This document shows positions 1-11,995 of a stretch of DNA of 64,000 nt, in pieces (within the stretch, counting starts at the first letter, position 1; the number at the start of each line of letters is the position of its first letter). The stretch lies in NCBI RefSeq assembly GCF_030684315.1, contig NC_081354.1, positions 66,402,685-66,466,684 of the forward strand, given 5' to 3'. Origin of the DNA: Stegostoma tigrinum (Eukaryota). Made by a program: the position numbers and the translations under genes. The notes below the pieces were generated by a model. It worked only from the letters and a program-made list of their open reading frames with translations. It ran no database searches and was not told where the DNA came from.

Positions 1-2125
1 ACTGCTCATCCTGGTCTGAAAGAAAGCCAAGGAGCTTTTGGTGCAATGACTTATTCTGAAATGCTGCAACTAGGCTAATGGTCTCGTATTCTCTGGATCC
101 CCCCACTATATGCTTCTCTTGTCGAGCAGCTTCTGATTCAGATAGGTTTGTCTTCTTCAAGCATTTATTGGGGTGAGTTATACTCTGATGTTTATCGGAC
201 TTTTTTGAAATAGCAGAGGCATTTTTTCACAGACATTGTCCAGTACACTTAGTATGAAGTGGTTTGGAAAATAGGGGATAAATCACGGAAGAAGTGTCAT
301 TCAAGAATTTTGGTCCAGAGGTTCATATTTCTGGAGTAACTGGGGTGACTTTTCGCAAGTGAAATGTAGCAGTCATCTTGACATGGAGTTTCTTGTACCA
401 GCTACAGAAGACCTAATTATGTACATGTCTGCCAACTTAATAAGCAGCTAGTCAGATTGTGTGAGACATAGACAGGTTTATAGGCCATCGTAGGTAAGTG
501 TTTCTACAAACAAGCTTTAATTGAAGGTATTTTGCCTGCCAGGCCTTGAATTCTTACGACAGATGTTTAAAGGCATCATTGTCCAGCCATTCCACAGTGT
601 CCGCTGGTACAACATTGGCTGCTGTGGAATCAAGACAAGATTTAATATCAATATTCTTGACTTTTAAGGTGACTGTCAAAAATCCTGATCCAGATCATAG
701 CCAGTGTTTTCCACTTGACCACAAAACCGTAATTTCATGTTTTTCTCTTCTGCGTGTTCAGTTTGTTTGTTTTTGCTGGTGTTCAGAGACTGACCTTGTT
801 GGTTTGCCTTTTCAGAAATGATCTGATGAATAACACTCCCATTTCTCAATAGAAAGTAATTGTACACTCAACACACATCCATTGCTCAAATGGATTTCTC
901 ACTCTTTTTTTTCTTACTATTAATCGCAAGAGAAGACCACGAAAGAGAGAGAAATTGACATTGTGGGAACAAAAGGAACAATCATTTTGTTCATGCAGCA
1001 AAATTAAACAAACTGAATGTCAAATGTGAATTCAGTTCTGACAGTAACTTCTGAAACCTCTAGGTTTCCCATGGTACTAAGTTCCTTTCCTGCCAGCTCA
1101 TTGCAGAGTTAAAGCCCAGCCCTATTACCACTGCCTCCATGTCTTTGGAGTCCATCAAGTACGTCGATAAGACCGGGAGAGGTAAAGGTGACTGTTGTGC
1201 TGATCTGATAGTTGATCATTTAAGTGACTTCCTCAAACAAAATGAAGGCTGTTTTCTTTGATCTCAGATGTGTAGAATGACTTCAAGAGGGAGCTGTGAA
1301 AATCTCACTTTGCATAGATAGCTGACAATCTAAAGAAATTGTGGAATTTTCTATTTATGGGCTATTAATGAATGACCTAATAAATGTAAAGAATCATTGC
1401 CAGCAGATATAGAGTGAAGGTTTTTTTTTCAAGTTGAATTCATGAGTCATTTGGTGTTGACTCATTGCAGTGAATCATGAAATATTCTATGTAAAAAATT
1501 GGACTATTGTATATGTGTCATTGTGTCAGATATTGCTAAATTATACCTGAAAACATTATTATACAAAACTTAATTATGTAAGACTTTCAATAATTATTTT
1601 ATATCACCCTAATAACTGAAGAAACAATCCTGCTGCCACATGTTGTGGTCTTAGTGGAGTGACAATTCCATTAGTGTGTTTCTAATTTTATAGATTATCT
1701 CATTAGAGTTCATTTTAGAAACAAACCCTTTACTATTTTGTTAAAATACACATTTAATAGCAATCTCCCGGTAGAATGTTTTGACAAATGGTAAGTTGAT
1801 GTTGACTGACTTATGATAAATTGTCAAAAACTGTTTGCTAACTATGGAGATCTTCAAGATACAGTAATGTGCTCCTGTTCAGCATCCAGGAAACAAATAT
1901 ATAAAACTGAAACTTTACCTTCAAATAAAGTGTTCAGCAGTTCTTCATATCCTAGAGACCAGTCTAGTGACTCTTTGCTGTGCGGTCTCCAATGCAACTA
2001 GATCATTATTTCCATATGGAGACCAAAATGCTCATGGTATTCCAGGCGTACTCTCACCAAAATCTTTTATATTTTCATAAAGCATTTATTCCTCTATTGC
2101 TGTACTGAGAACCCTTGTAATAAAA

Positions 2126-2400
2126 GTTGGAATGCTAAAACAAGCACTGAAATTGCTGAAGAAATTCATATGTGGAGAGAAATTCAGCTATTGTTTTGAG
2201 CCTGGTATGACTTCTTTAGAACTGAGAATTGTGGAAAAGTAGTTTTGTTTTAATATTTTTGACAGAGGCAGAGACAGTAAACAAGAAGAATTTGTCAAAA
2301 TCTGTCAGTTACCAAATGAGTCATGTTAGAAACATCAACTCAGTTTTTCTGTCTCACAGATACTTCCAAACCAGCTGAGTTTCTCCCGCGTTTTCTGCAC
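2126..2400. mobile_element. Old Penelope-type terminal repeat (pLTR) pair in inverted orientation
   Basis: 2126-2225 (gctgaagaaattc...tggagagaaattcagcta..gttttgag..ttctttagaact) and 2320-2400 (gaaacatcaactcagtttttctgtctcacagatact..gctgagtttctcc) are opposite-orientation copies of the repeat also seen at 32131-32910. Confidence 0.5.
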
Positions 2401-2739
2401 TTGTGAAAAATTTCTGGCATGCTGCTTTTGGTGTGTGCACGTGTGTGCATGCTACGCTTCCAGAGTAATACTGCTGAGATCATGGAACTTCCTGCAAGAA
2501 CTTCGTTTTACAACATATTCTAAACACACACTTCCTGAAGATCTTGATAGCATTTCTGCTCCCTTCCAGTTTCTTTGGAGATAATCATGTGACTGGCATC
2601 ATGATGCTGATGTTGCCCCATTGCTAACTTTGTGTTCTTTGTATAAGCACAGCCAGATGTATTTGACCATCAACATTTCCAGGTTTTACGCCTTTTTAAG
2701 GGAAAAGTCATCTTTTGTATTCTTATCACCTCTGGTTAG

Positions 2740-4985
2740 ATTCAAACTCTCTGCTGTTTGGATTCATACTTTGCACAAATGGAAGATGGTTGTGGTTGTT
2801 GCAGACCAGTCTTCTCAACTACAGGACATAACTACTAGAATACCTAAAGATAATGTCAAGGGCTAAATCACCTTTGGATCCTTCATCATAGGGTGAAGGT
2901 CAATCAAAAAGTCAGAAGTGGGAATATTTGCTGATTGCACAATGCATTGGTTATCATTTTCCATAATTACAAACATTCTGGTATGACTACTGTAGATTGG
3001 CAGCTGGCAAATGTCACCTTTAGTAATTAAGAAACGAGTAAGAGAGACCACAGGGAGCTACAGACCTATCAACCTTACATCAGGAGTCAGAAAAGGCTAG
3101 AATTTGGCATAAAGGACATGATAAGAGGACACATGGATGAACATGATCTGATTGGGTGTGCTCAGCATGGATGGGTGAATGGAATATCGTATTTAACAAG
3201 CTGGAATTTTTTTGAAGATGTTAAAAGGACAGTGTCTGGATGCAGTATGCTTAGATTTTCAGAAGGTGTTCAAGATCTACCACATGGGATTATGGATTTG
3301 AAATCCAAGTGTCGGAATAAATTAATCATTTTGTATGTTGGCAGGCTGTGGCTAGTAGGGCACTGCAAGGATCAATACCTGGGCCCTATCTATTTGGAAT
3401 ATAAGTATCAATGGGTTAGAAAAGGGGATCAAAGGTAGTATTTCCAAATCTATGGATGCAACAAAGCTCAATGGAAATGTGTGCTGTGAGGAAGCTGTAA
3501 AGCTGTTCAGGAGGATTTGGATAGGTTTAGTGCATGGGCAAATACATGGTAGATGTGAGGTTATCCACTTTGAAAAAATAATTGTATATCTTACTCTCTT
3601 ACCAATGTATTGGGGGACCTTGGTACCTTTTCAATAAGTAACTGAAGAATAACATGTCAGTACAGCAAGCTTTTGGGAAGACTAACGAATGCTATCCTTA
3701 ATTACAAGAGGATTTGAGTTCAGGAGGAGTAAAGTCTGACTTCAATAGGACCTTGATCAGACTGCACTTGGTGTAGTGTGTGCAGTTTTGGATGCCTTAT
3801 CTGAGGAAATATGATCACCATAGACGGAGTGCAACAAAGGTCGCCCATGATGGGACTGTCCAATGAAAAGTGATTGGGCAAATTGGGTCTGTATTTCATG
3901 GAGTATCAAAGAATGAGAAGTGATCTTGTTGAAACCTACAAAACACTTTAAAAGGGACAGGGTAGTTGCATATAAGATGATTCCCTGGCTTGGGAAGCCT
4001 AGAACCAGGGGCACAATTTAAAAATGAGGGTGATACCAAATTCAGACCAAGATGAGAATTTTTTTTTACTTTGGAAATTTCCACCCCAGAGGGAGCTATG
4101 CCTTTGTAGGTGTATATTTAATGGAGAGGTTCATATGTTTCTGATAACCCGATGCACCAGTGGTAGTGAAAATAATGTACATAAAAGGCATTGGCTCCAT
4201 GTCTAGTATTCAGACAGCCATGATCATATTAAAAAACAGCAAATTTAACAGGCTGGATGGCTGACTCCTTTCATGTGGTTTTATGTTCAGTAATATTCAG
4301 CACTCTTCAGACACTGAAACAGTGCATGTCCAAATGCAGAATCACCCAGACAACATCCAATTTTAGATTTGGAAAAACTGGCTGGTACAATTTCTATCAA
4401 ATAAGTGCCTGACCATGGATATTTTCAACAAGAGACAATCTGACCATCATCCCATGACATTGAATGGTATCATCATGACTGAAACCCCCTTCATTTGCAT
4501 CCTCAGGTTGGGGTTATTGATTGACCAGAAACTGAACTAGACTAGCTATATAACTAGTGTAGCCAGAGGAGCAAGTCAAAAACTAGAAACCTTACATGGT
4601 TAACTCTGCTGGTTCCCTAGTGCTTGTCCAGTATTTACAAGTCATGGGTCAGGAGTGTGAATGGATACTCCCCAGTGAACTAAATAAGTGCAATTCTAAC
4701 ACTGCTGACGTAGCTTGACACTATCTAGAACAAGGCAGCACTTGAGTGGCTCTCCAATTACCACCTTCAATGTTCACTCATTGCACTACCGATGCACTGT
4801 GGCAGCAGTGTGTACTCAACAAGACTCTGGAGACAGCAGCTTCTAAGCCTGCACATTGCAGCACCCAGATGCCTGGGAACATCATCACCTGCGAGTTCCT
4901 GTCCTGGCCTCTCACCATCATGACTTGGAACCATATTGCTGATTGTTTATTGTTGCTGAGTCACATCCTGGAACTTTTTCCCTGA
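2740..4985 (+). mobile_element. L2-like (CR1/L2 group) LINE ORF2 fragment, split by a CR1 insertion
   Basis: Degenerate RT text (tttgctgattgcacaatg, FADDCTM-like) stops at ~2944 and resumes at ~4286 (ttcagtaatattc..gacactgaaacagtgcatgtccaaatgcag); the downstream part matches the copies at 22265-22895 and 55681-56360. Confidence 0.65.
2945..4286 (+). mobile_element. CR1 LINE, degraded RT and 3' end
   Basis: NYRPISLTS-like (agctacagacctatcaaccttacatca), QHG..G.SYLT..FFEDV and DATKLNG (FADDTKLGG-like) remnants; CR1 3'UTR ending tttatgt. Confidence 0.8.
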
Positions 4986-5009
4986 CATTAGTAAACCCCA
5001 GTGACTACT

Positions 5010-5175
5010 TTTCTTTAAAATTATTTCACAGGATTTTGGCATCACTGACTGGACTAGCATTATTTTTATTCCTAGCTGCTTTTGAGAAGGTGGTGGTGAG
5101 TTGATCTCTTGAACTGCTGCAGTCCATTTACTGTAAGTAGACCCACATTGCCATTAGGTAGGAACTTGCAGGGTT
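5010..5175 (-). mobile_element. 3' end of the L2-like LINE family
   Basis: ggcatcactgactggactagcatt..tttgagaaggtggtggtgag..cttgaactgctgcagtcc, matching 22290-22440 and 58430-58550. Confidence 0.6.
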
Positions 5176-5629
5176 TACAACTGTACACAATATTCCAGAC
5201 TGTAACTTTTAAATGGAGTAGTTGAAATTCAGTCACATCTACCCAGTTTGGTGGTAATTAGTTGTCATTACACACATAAAATTTTGAAGTGAGATGATAC
5301 ATGCTGGACTTCAAACTAGAAAGCTGACCTATTAGTTAAGCACACTTTAGGCTTGACAAGCATATAGTTCCATTTGCATGTGTGTAGTTATCAATGGTTT
5401 TTAGCAAAACCATATTTTACAATGTTACCTCTAATTTTTGCATTATTTTAAAAGCCTTACAGAACTAAGGATTATATGTGGTTAAAATTTTAGCAGAAAT
5501 GTTCATTTGGATGGCCCGTAAGCTAATCGATTGCAAATTCTCTTGGATTTCCTCCAATATAGTGCTGAAATTGTGGTAAGAATTTGGGCAGTCTCCATGG
5601 AAATTCTAGCCAGTTATATTTTCTTAGGG

Positions 5630-5755
5630 ACAAAGCAAAGAACTGTGGATGCTGGAGATCTGAAACAAAAAATGAAAATGTTGCAGAAACTCAGCAGGTC
5701 AGGCAACATTTGTGCAAAGAAAACAGAGGTAACGTTTTGAGTCTGGACTCCAAAG
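5630..5755 (-). mobile_element. Old Penelope pLTR fragment
   Basis: gatgctggagatctgaaacaaaa..gaaactcagcaggtc..gtaacgttttgagtc, same family as 32131-32333. Confidence 0.55.
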
Positions 5756-6074
5756 TTATCTCTCTTTTCCTCCTGTTATTGCTGGAGAAAGTGTGGGCTA
5801 TACTCTTGGGATGGACTTCATTTAAACCATGCTGGGACCAGTGTTCTTTTGAATCAAACAACAAGTAAGGTAGAGAGGACTTCAATCTAAATAGTGTGGG
5901 ACTTGTGTTGGATAGTGATGGTGGGTAGGGAAATTGAGAAGAAAGATATCATGTGAAGACAGATTTAGTAAGTTAATGAAAGGATAAGTCAATACAGTAG
6001 GTTAACAATATAGATGATGATAACTAGAGTTTGGAAAGGGAGAGACAAGGCATAGAAATAAAGAGTGAGTGTTT

Positions 6075-6195
6075 TAAGTGGTGCAGTGGTAGTCATTTTA
6101 CCTCTGATCTAAGATGCCCAACTCAACTCCCACTGTTCCAAAGGTGAGCAATAACATCTTTGAACGGGTTGATTAGGAAATGTCTGTAAATGTAG
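6075..6195 (+). mobile_element. Short tRNA-headed SINE; related copies at 7452-7562 (-) and ~25820-25910 (+)
   Basis: A-box-like gtggtgcagtggtag followed by ataacatctttgaacgggttgattaggaaatgtctgtaaat, the reverse complement of 7452-7500. Confidence 0.5.
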
Positions 6196-6469
6196 AGTAC
6201 ATCGCAAACAAGGCTTGAGTTTGCAAGAATGATAAAAATTACACAATTAAAAGTTCTGATTCAGAATGTACACAACAATCATGATGAAATGGATGAATTT
6301 ATAGCACAGATTAAAAACCAATATATATAATCTTTATAGCCATTTCAGAATTGTGGTTGCAAGATGACTAAGACTGGGCACTTTATGTTGGAATGTTTCT
6401 CATTTTGGGAGGACAAGAACAAATAAAAAAATGTGCCGTTATAACTCTGCTAATTAAGGATACATTACA

Positions 6470-6812
6470 TAAACATAGAAAATAGGAGCAAGAACAGACT
6501 ATTCAGCCCATTTAGCGTGCTCTGCTTTTGAGAATGACCATGGCAGAAAGTAATACTCAATCTCTCTCTCTCTCTCTCTCCATACCAACTAACACATTTC
6601 AAGAAATCTACTTTAAACAAATCCAGATGTTTGGCTTCCACAGCCTAGCTGGTAGATGATTCAACAGTTTCTATGAGGTGAAGGAAGAAATGTGTCTTTA
6701 CCCCAATCCAAAATGACTGATTCTGAACCATGAGACTTTTACCCCTCATTTCAGAACCCCACAGCCAGGGGAAACATTTATCCCTGCATCTGGTCTGTCC
6801 AGTTCTGACAGA
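6470..6812 (-). mobile_element. CR1 3' fragment
   Basis: aaacatagaaaataggagcaagaacagactattcagccc is the reverse complement of a CR1 3' terminus; (TC)n inside at 6561-6580. Confidence 0.75.
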
Positions 6813-6814
6813 AT

Positions 6815-7800
6815 TTTGAAATGAAGTAGAAAGTACGAGAGAAACTCAGCAAGTCTGGCAATATCTGTGAATAGTGAAACAGAGTTAACCTTTTCAAATG
6901 AAGTCTGAATCATCTTCAGAACTAAATTCAGCTGGGGATATTTTTTATGCCTGTGGCAGAGGGAAGAGAGGAGAAACCAGAACATAGAATTCATTCATAG
7001 AATTCCTACAGAATTCAGAGAATCCCTACAGTGTGGAAACAGGCCCTTCAGCCCAACAAGTCCTCACTGAACCTCAGTGCATCCCATCCAGACCCATTCT
7101 CCCTATAACCCACCTAATCTACACATCCCTGAACACTACAGGTACGTTAAGCTAATCCAACTAACCTGCACATCTCTAGACTGTGGGAGGAAACCGGAGC
7201 ACCCAGAGGAAACCCATGCAAACATGGGGAGAATGTGCAAATGCCACACAGGCACCCAAGGCTGGCATCAAACCTGGGTCCCTAGTGCTGTGAGGCAGCA
7301 GTGCTAACCACTGTGCCACCGTGCTGCCCTGAACAGAACAGGCGGTATGCATGTTCAGATCAAAAATCAAAGCCAGTCACCATGATGCTAAAGGATTGAT
7401 GGGTGTGTAAAATATGTAAATGTTAGCTCTGAACTTGCTTACTGATGTGCTGTACATTTACAGATATTTCCTAATCAACCTGTTCAAAGATGTTATTACG
7501 TACCTTTTGGAGAACGGGGGAGTTGAATCTAGACCTCCTACATCAGAGGAAAGGGCACCACAAAAAGAGAAATGGGTCCACTCCACTGAGAACAAAGCCA
7601 ACAAAATGTAAAGAAGGCATAGCTGGAAGAGAATGTAAGAATTATTGGAGTGTAGAAGTCATACCCTGAAGTTGTGGAACCCAATATGGAGCCCTAGAAG
7701 CTAGTGGCAGTGGGGTGGATGAGAATCGTTCAAACCTGTTTTCAAGGAAGAAGCTAAGATTCTTCAGACCACCATGATATGAGATGGGCATGTAGTGGGA
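6815..7800 (-). mobile_element. Old Penelope 3' end (pLTR plus GIY-YIG C-terminal remnant), interrupted by two SINEs
   Basis: pLTR at 6830-6925 (gaaactcagcaagtctggc..gagttaacc..atcttcagaact); the reverse of 7665-7702 reads like GLNIEFNNFR. Confidence 0.45.
7017..7330 (-). mobile_element. HE1 (V-SINE family) SINE
   Basis: tRNA head gggcagcacggtggcacagtggttagcactgc on the minus strand, V-domain, and CR1-type tail tttccacactgtagggattct. Confidence 0.92.
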
Positions 7801-7966
7801 GTACACAACAATTTGAAGAGGGGGCAGCTAGAGCCAAGAAAAAACTGCAGATTATGGAACCAACATACAGCTTCAGAATTTTTATACGGAAATTATTAGT
7901 TGTGTTTGCAAGTTTGGATAGAGTTAGGAAATTGTCAAGATAAGAAGTGAAAGTAATTAATACCCT

Positions 7967-7974
<8 letters not shown>

Positions 7975-7997
<23 letters not shown>

Positions 7998-8007
7998 TAC
8001 ACACACA
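7975..8007. repeat. (CA)n microsatellite
   Basis: Visible CA run with one interruption. Confidence 0.9.
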
Positions 8008-10657
8008 GCATATCATTAATACTGTACGACCGAGTATGCAGAAAGAAGTGTAGTGGCTTGTTGGAAAGGTACTACAATAGTTGTGGCTGACTTTTAATCT
8101 TCGTTCAGATTCGATGCTTCAAATAAACAAAGCTAGCCTGAAAGATGATTTCAGAGTTTATTCAAAAATTGTTAATTGAGCAGTACATACTGATGCCAAC
8201 AAGGGAACAGATGATTTTTGACCTGACAATTTGCAATGAGAGAGAATTAATTTATGATCTAACAGTAAAGGAGCCTCAAGGTGACAGTAATCTTAATATG
8301 CCATAATATAACAGTCATCCTATATTTAATATTTGTGAGTGAGAAGTATGAGTCTAACACTTGTGCCTTAAAATTAAATAACGGCTGTTTCAAGTGTTTG
8401 AGGACAGATTTTGCTAAAGTGAACTGAAAAAAATAATTTGCGAGTGTGACAGCAGAGAAACAGTGACGGATTTTTAAGGAGATGGTTCATAACTCTCAGC
8501 AAATGTATATTCCATTGAAAAAAAAGAGAAGGACACACTCTCTCTTGATAACCAAGATAATTAAGGATAGAATCAAATTGAATGTAAAAGGACACAATAC
8601 TGCAAAGTTTAGAGGTAGGTCAGAAGATTGGATGGACTTTAGAATACAGCAATGGATTACTTTTCCTTTTTAAAAAAAAAGGAAGACAGGAGAAACACAC
8701 GAGAGAAAGCTGGGTGGAAGTACGAACAAAAAGTCCTGCATATATATTAAAAGGACAAGAATAACTAAGTGGCTGTTGGTCAGTATAGGATGACACTAGG
8801 TTATTGACAATGAGAAACAAGAAAATGGTGAAGGTGTTGAATTGATATTTTATGTCTGTCCTCACTGTAGAAGATACAATAAGACAATCAATTGGTTTCA
8901 AAAAAAAGGGAGGGACTTAAATAATCACAATCCAAGAGTACCAAAGAGACAAAATACAGGGAATGCTATTCGAAATGATAGTTGCAAAGTTCCCGGGACC
9001 TGGTGGTTTGTATTCCAGTCGTTGAAGAAGGGTTGTATAGATGTACTTGTTGTGATGTTCCAAAATTCACTCTATTGAAAGGTGACAGAAGATTGGAAAA
9101 TTGGTTTGTTATACCTTCACTGAAGAAAGAAGGGAGGTGGAGCAGTAAACTATAGCTCCTTAAACTCAATTATTATTGCAAAAATGCTATAGTCCATGAT
9201 TAAAGAGGTAATAACATGACATTTAGAAAGTCATGATACAGTCAGGCAGAACCAGCATGTTGTTTTGAAAGGGAAATTATGTTTGTTTAATTTATTAGAG
9301 GTTTCTTTTCGAAGAAGTAAAATGAAAGTTGGACAAAGGGGAAAATGATATACTTGGATTTCCAAAAGAAATTTATTCTGGTGCTACATCTCAAGTCACG
9401 ACACAAAATAAGAGCTCATGATATCTGGGTAACATCTGAGATTGTATTGGTTAACTAATATGAAGCACAGATTAGGACTAAATGAGTGAGTTGGCAAGTT
9501 GTTACTAGTGAGTGACACAACGTTCAATACTGAGCCTCAACAATTTACAATCTATATCAATGATTTAGTTGAAGAGACCTAATGTATGATTACTAAATTT
9601 AGCAACACAAAGACAGATGGGAAAGTACATTATCAAGAGGATATTAAAGCCTGCAGCAGAATTCAAATGGGTTCGGTCAGCAGGCAAAAAATTGGCAGTT
9701 GGAGTCTAATGCGATAAAATATGAACTTGTCCACATTGGCAGATAAAGTCGGAAATTATTTTAGTTGAAGAGAAACTGCAGAACAGTAGTGCACAGGGAT
9801 ATGTGTGTTCTGGTATGCAACTCACAAAAAGGTAACGCAAGTTCAGTATGAAATTCAGAAGGCAAATTGAATGTTCTTTTTATTTTTGTAAAGACTATCA
9901 AGTACAAAAGCAGGGATGTATTGCTTCAGCTGTACAGAGCTTTTCACTGCGTCTGGAGTATTGTGCACGGTTTTGGTCTCTTTACTTTAGAAAGGATATC
10001 ATTGCATTAAAAGCAATTCGGAAAAGGTTGACTGAATTGATTCCTGGCTTTTTTTTTTGAGAAAAAGTTGATCATGTTGTGCCCATACCTATTGTAGTTC
10101 AGAAGAATGTAAGGTGCATTGGTTGAAGTACATGAAATCCTGAGGGAACTTGGGGTTATGAGAGAATGTTTGTTTGTTTTTTGTGGTGGAGAATAGAACC
10201 ACGCATTGCAGGTTAAAATTTACACGTCTCCCATTTAAGACTGAGACAAGTGTTTTGTTTTAATCTCTGAGGATTGTTAGCTTGTGGAATTCTCTTTCAC
10301 AGAGAGCAACAAAGATTGGGTCACTGAATATATTCAAGGCTGAGTTAGATTTCCGATTTAGTAAGAGAGAAAATTTGTCTTCAAATGGGGGTAGGCATTA
10401 CAATCAGTAAACTGGTGTTAATGACATGACCAGATCAATGATTTACCTTATTAAATAGTAGAGCAGGCTAGAGAAGCTGAATGGCCCACCTCTCTAATTT
10501 TTATGTAGTTGATAATTTTATTTGAGAAGAGAATTTTCATTTGTGTTCTTTTGTGAAATGCTGATTTCTTAAGTTTTGATAATGCATAATCCTTGACATA
10601 AGAGGTGACTGAAATTGTATATAATCCATTATAACTTTTTTATTTTTAAATGGAAAG

Positions 10658-10723
10658 GAAGATTCACTTCAAGGAAGAGTGTTTCTTGGTCCTTTTGATA
10701 AGATGACCTTGACAGAAAGGAAG
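10658..10723 (+). other. Candidate 66-nt exon (EDSLQGRVFLGPFDKMTLTERK), gene unidentified
   Basis: T-rich tract then aag acceptor; AAG|gtgagc donor; only one of three frames is open; non-repetitive context. Confidence 0.25.
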
Positions 10724-11884
10724 GTGAGCTTTAATGTTACTACATGACAAAAAAAATTACTTGACTCACATACCTAATGACAAAGTCTTTGAATATTGAT
10801 GATTAATAAGCTGTTGTGCCACTTAATTCATAGCTTATATCATACAGCGAGGAGAGGATGAGGCAATACATAGCTTCTGCCTTGATATTTACTCAAAGAG
10901 AAAGCTTCTTTAGATGCCAAGCATACTCCAGATGAATAAGGAATTCAGTAGAGGTTGTTACTTTGCTACCTTTAAGGAGTTTAGAATATTAAAAATAAGT
11001 ATTACACTAGAGGCAGTGTGTTATGAGAATGGAAAATATGAATCTCATCATCACAGACATTTAGTTTTCAGCCTTTTTTGTGCTAGAGTTGTACTGTCAT
11101 GTTCTATTTTTTTTGTCTCTAGGTCTTAAAGTCATCAGAAAATGTAAGACATAAATAGGTTGAATTTCCTTAGGGTTTCTCCCTCTCTGACTTTATAATT
11201 TTTGGTCAACATTTAACAGAAAAATGATTTACCTCGGAGAAGCAGGAGAAATCCCCAAAAAATAGATGCCCTAGAAGATGTATAAATGTGATTTGAATGT
11301 TCTGTCAGATTGTCCCAAATGGTCAACCTAACTTTGAAAGACCAATGGCAACCCTGATAAAATCACACAAACCAGTGTTTTTGCTGAAGAATTTCCACCC
11401 AATAGGTTTCATTTTCAAAGGAAGCAAAATTATTAAACACTCTTGGGATGTGTCTAGAGGGAGCATATGTTGGAAAATCGGGTGCACACAGTTCATTTAT
11501 TTTCCATTTAATTTCCATAAGGAGTATATTATGAAATAAAAGGAAAATTGTATGTTACATGTGTTCTATTGTCCAACAATCATTCTCAATAGAAAAATGG
11601 TCCACATTTGGGACATGAAAATAGTCACTTGAACTCTCAAATGTGTCATTAATATAGAGACATAAGATTGTGTTTCTAACTTTTCAACTTGTCTTGCTTT
11701 AGAGGAACCTATAAATCCTTTGTAAATTTAAGACCTTGCAAATCAGACATATAGCAGGCCCGCTGTGATGATATAACAACCTAAAGAGCTGCAGATACTC
11801 TGCTCAAGAGACGAGTGAAGAACTTGCTTTTGTGTTAACAAAGGAGGGACATTTTTGACTGTTCTTAGCGAAGAAGTTTGAATC

Positions 11885-11995
11885 AAAAACTGAAGTCACT
11901 CTGACTTCTCTCCACAGATGCTGCCAGATCTGTTGAGATTTTGCAGCAATTTTTGTTTTTGTTTCAGATTTGCAGCATCCATAGTTCTCTTAGTT
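11885..11995 (+). mobile_element. Old Penelope pLTR fragment
   Basis: tctctccacagatgctgccagatctg..tttttgtttcagatttgcagcatcc. Confidence 0.55.

Larger units (their letters stand above)
5900..10510 (+). mobile_element. Degraded near-full-length CR1 ORF2 (APE endonuclease + RT) interrupted by nested insertions at ~6470-7900
   Basis: ORF2 start-like LKVL..N....MDEFIAQI at ~6247; VVADFN at ~8080; PTREQ..FDL at ~8196; QHVVLKGKLCLFNLLE at ~9253; FTIYINDL at ~9544; RLEYCARFWS (ORF 9848-10060); 3'UTR to ~10505. Confidence 0.8.

Noticed and set aside
575-615. RNase H-like VP.GHCGMAGN motif on the minus strand
   Set aside because: Needs two frameshifts in 40 nt and has no supporting flanking motifs; 1-830 is left unassigned.
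1097-1181. Candidate exon LIAELKPSPITTASMSLESIKYVDKTGR
   Set aside because: Only moderate splice signals, no recognisable protein, and open frames on both strands.
10658-10723. Assignment of the candidate exon to PITPNM (GPLDMVTLTGEK-like)
   Set aside because: Too few identities for such a conserved gene, and no other PITPNM exons were seen.
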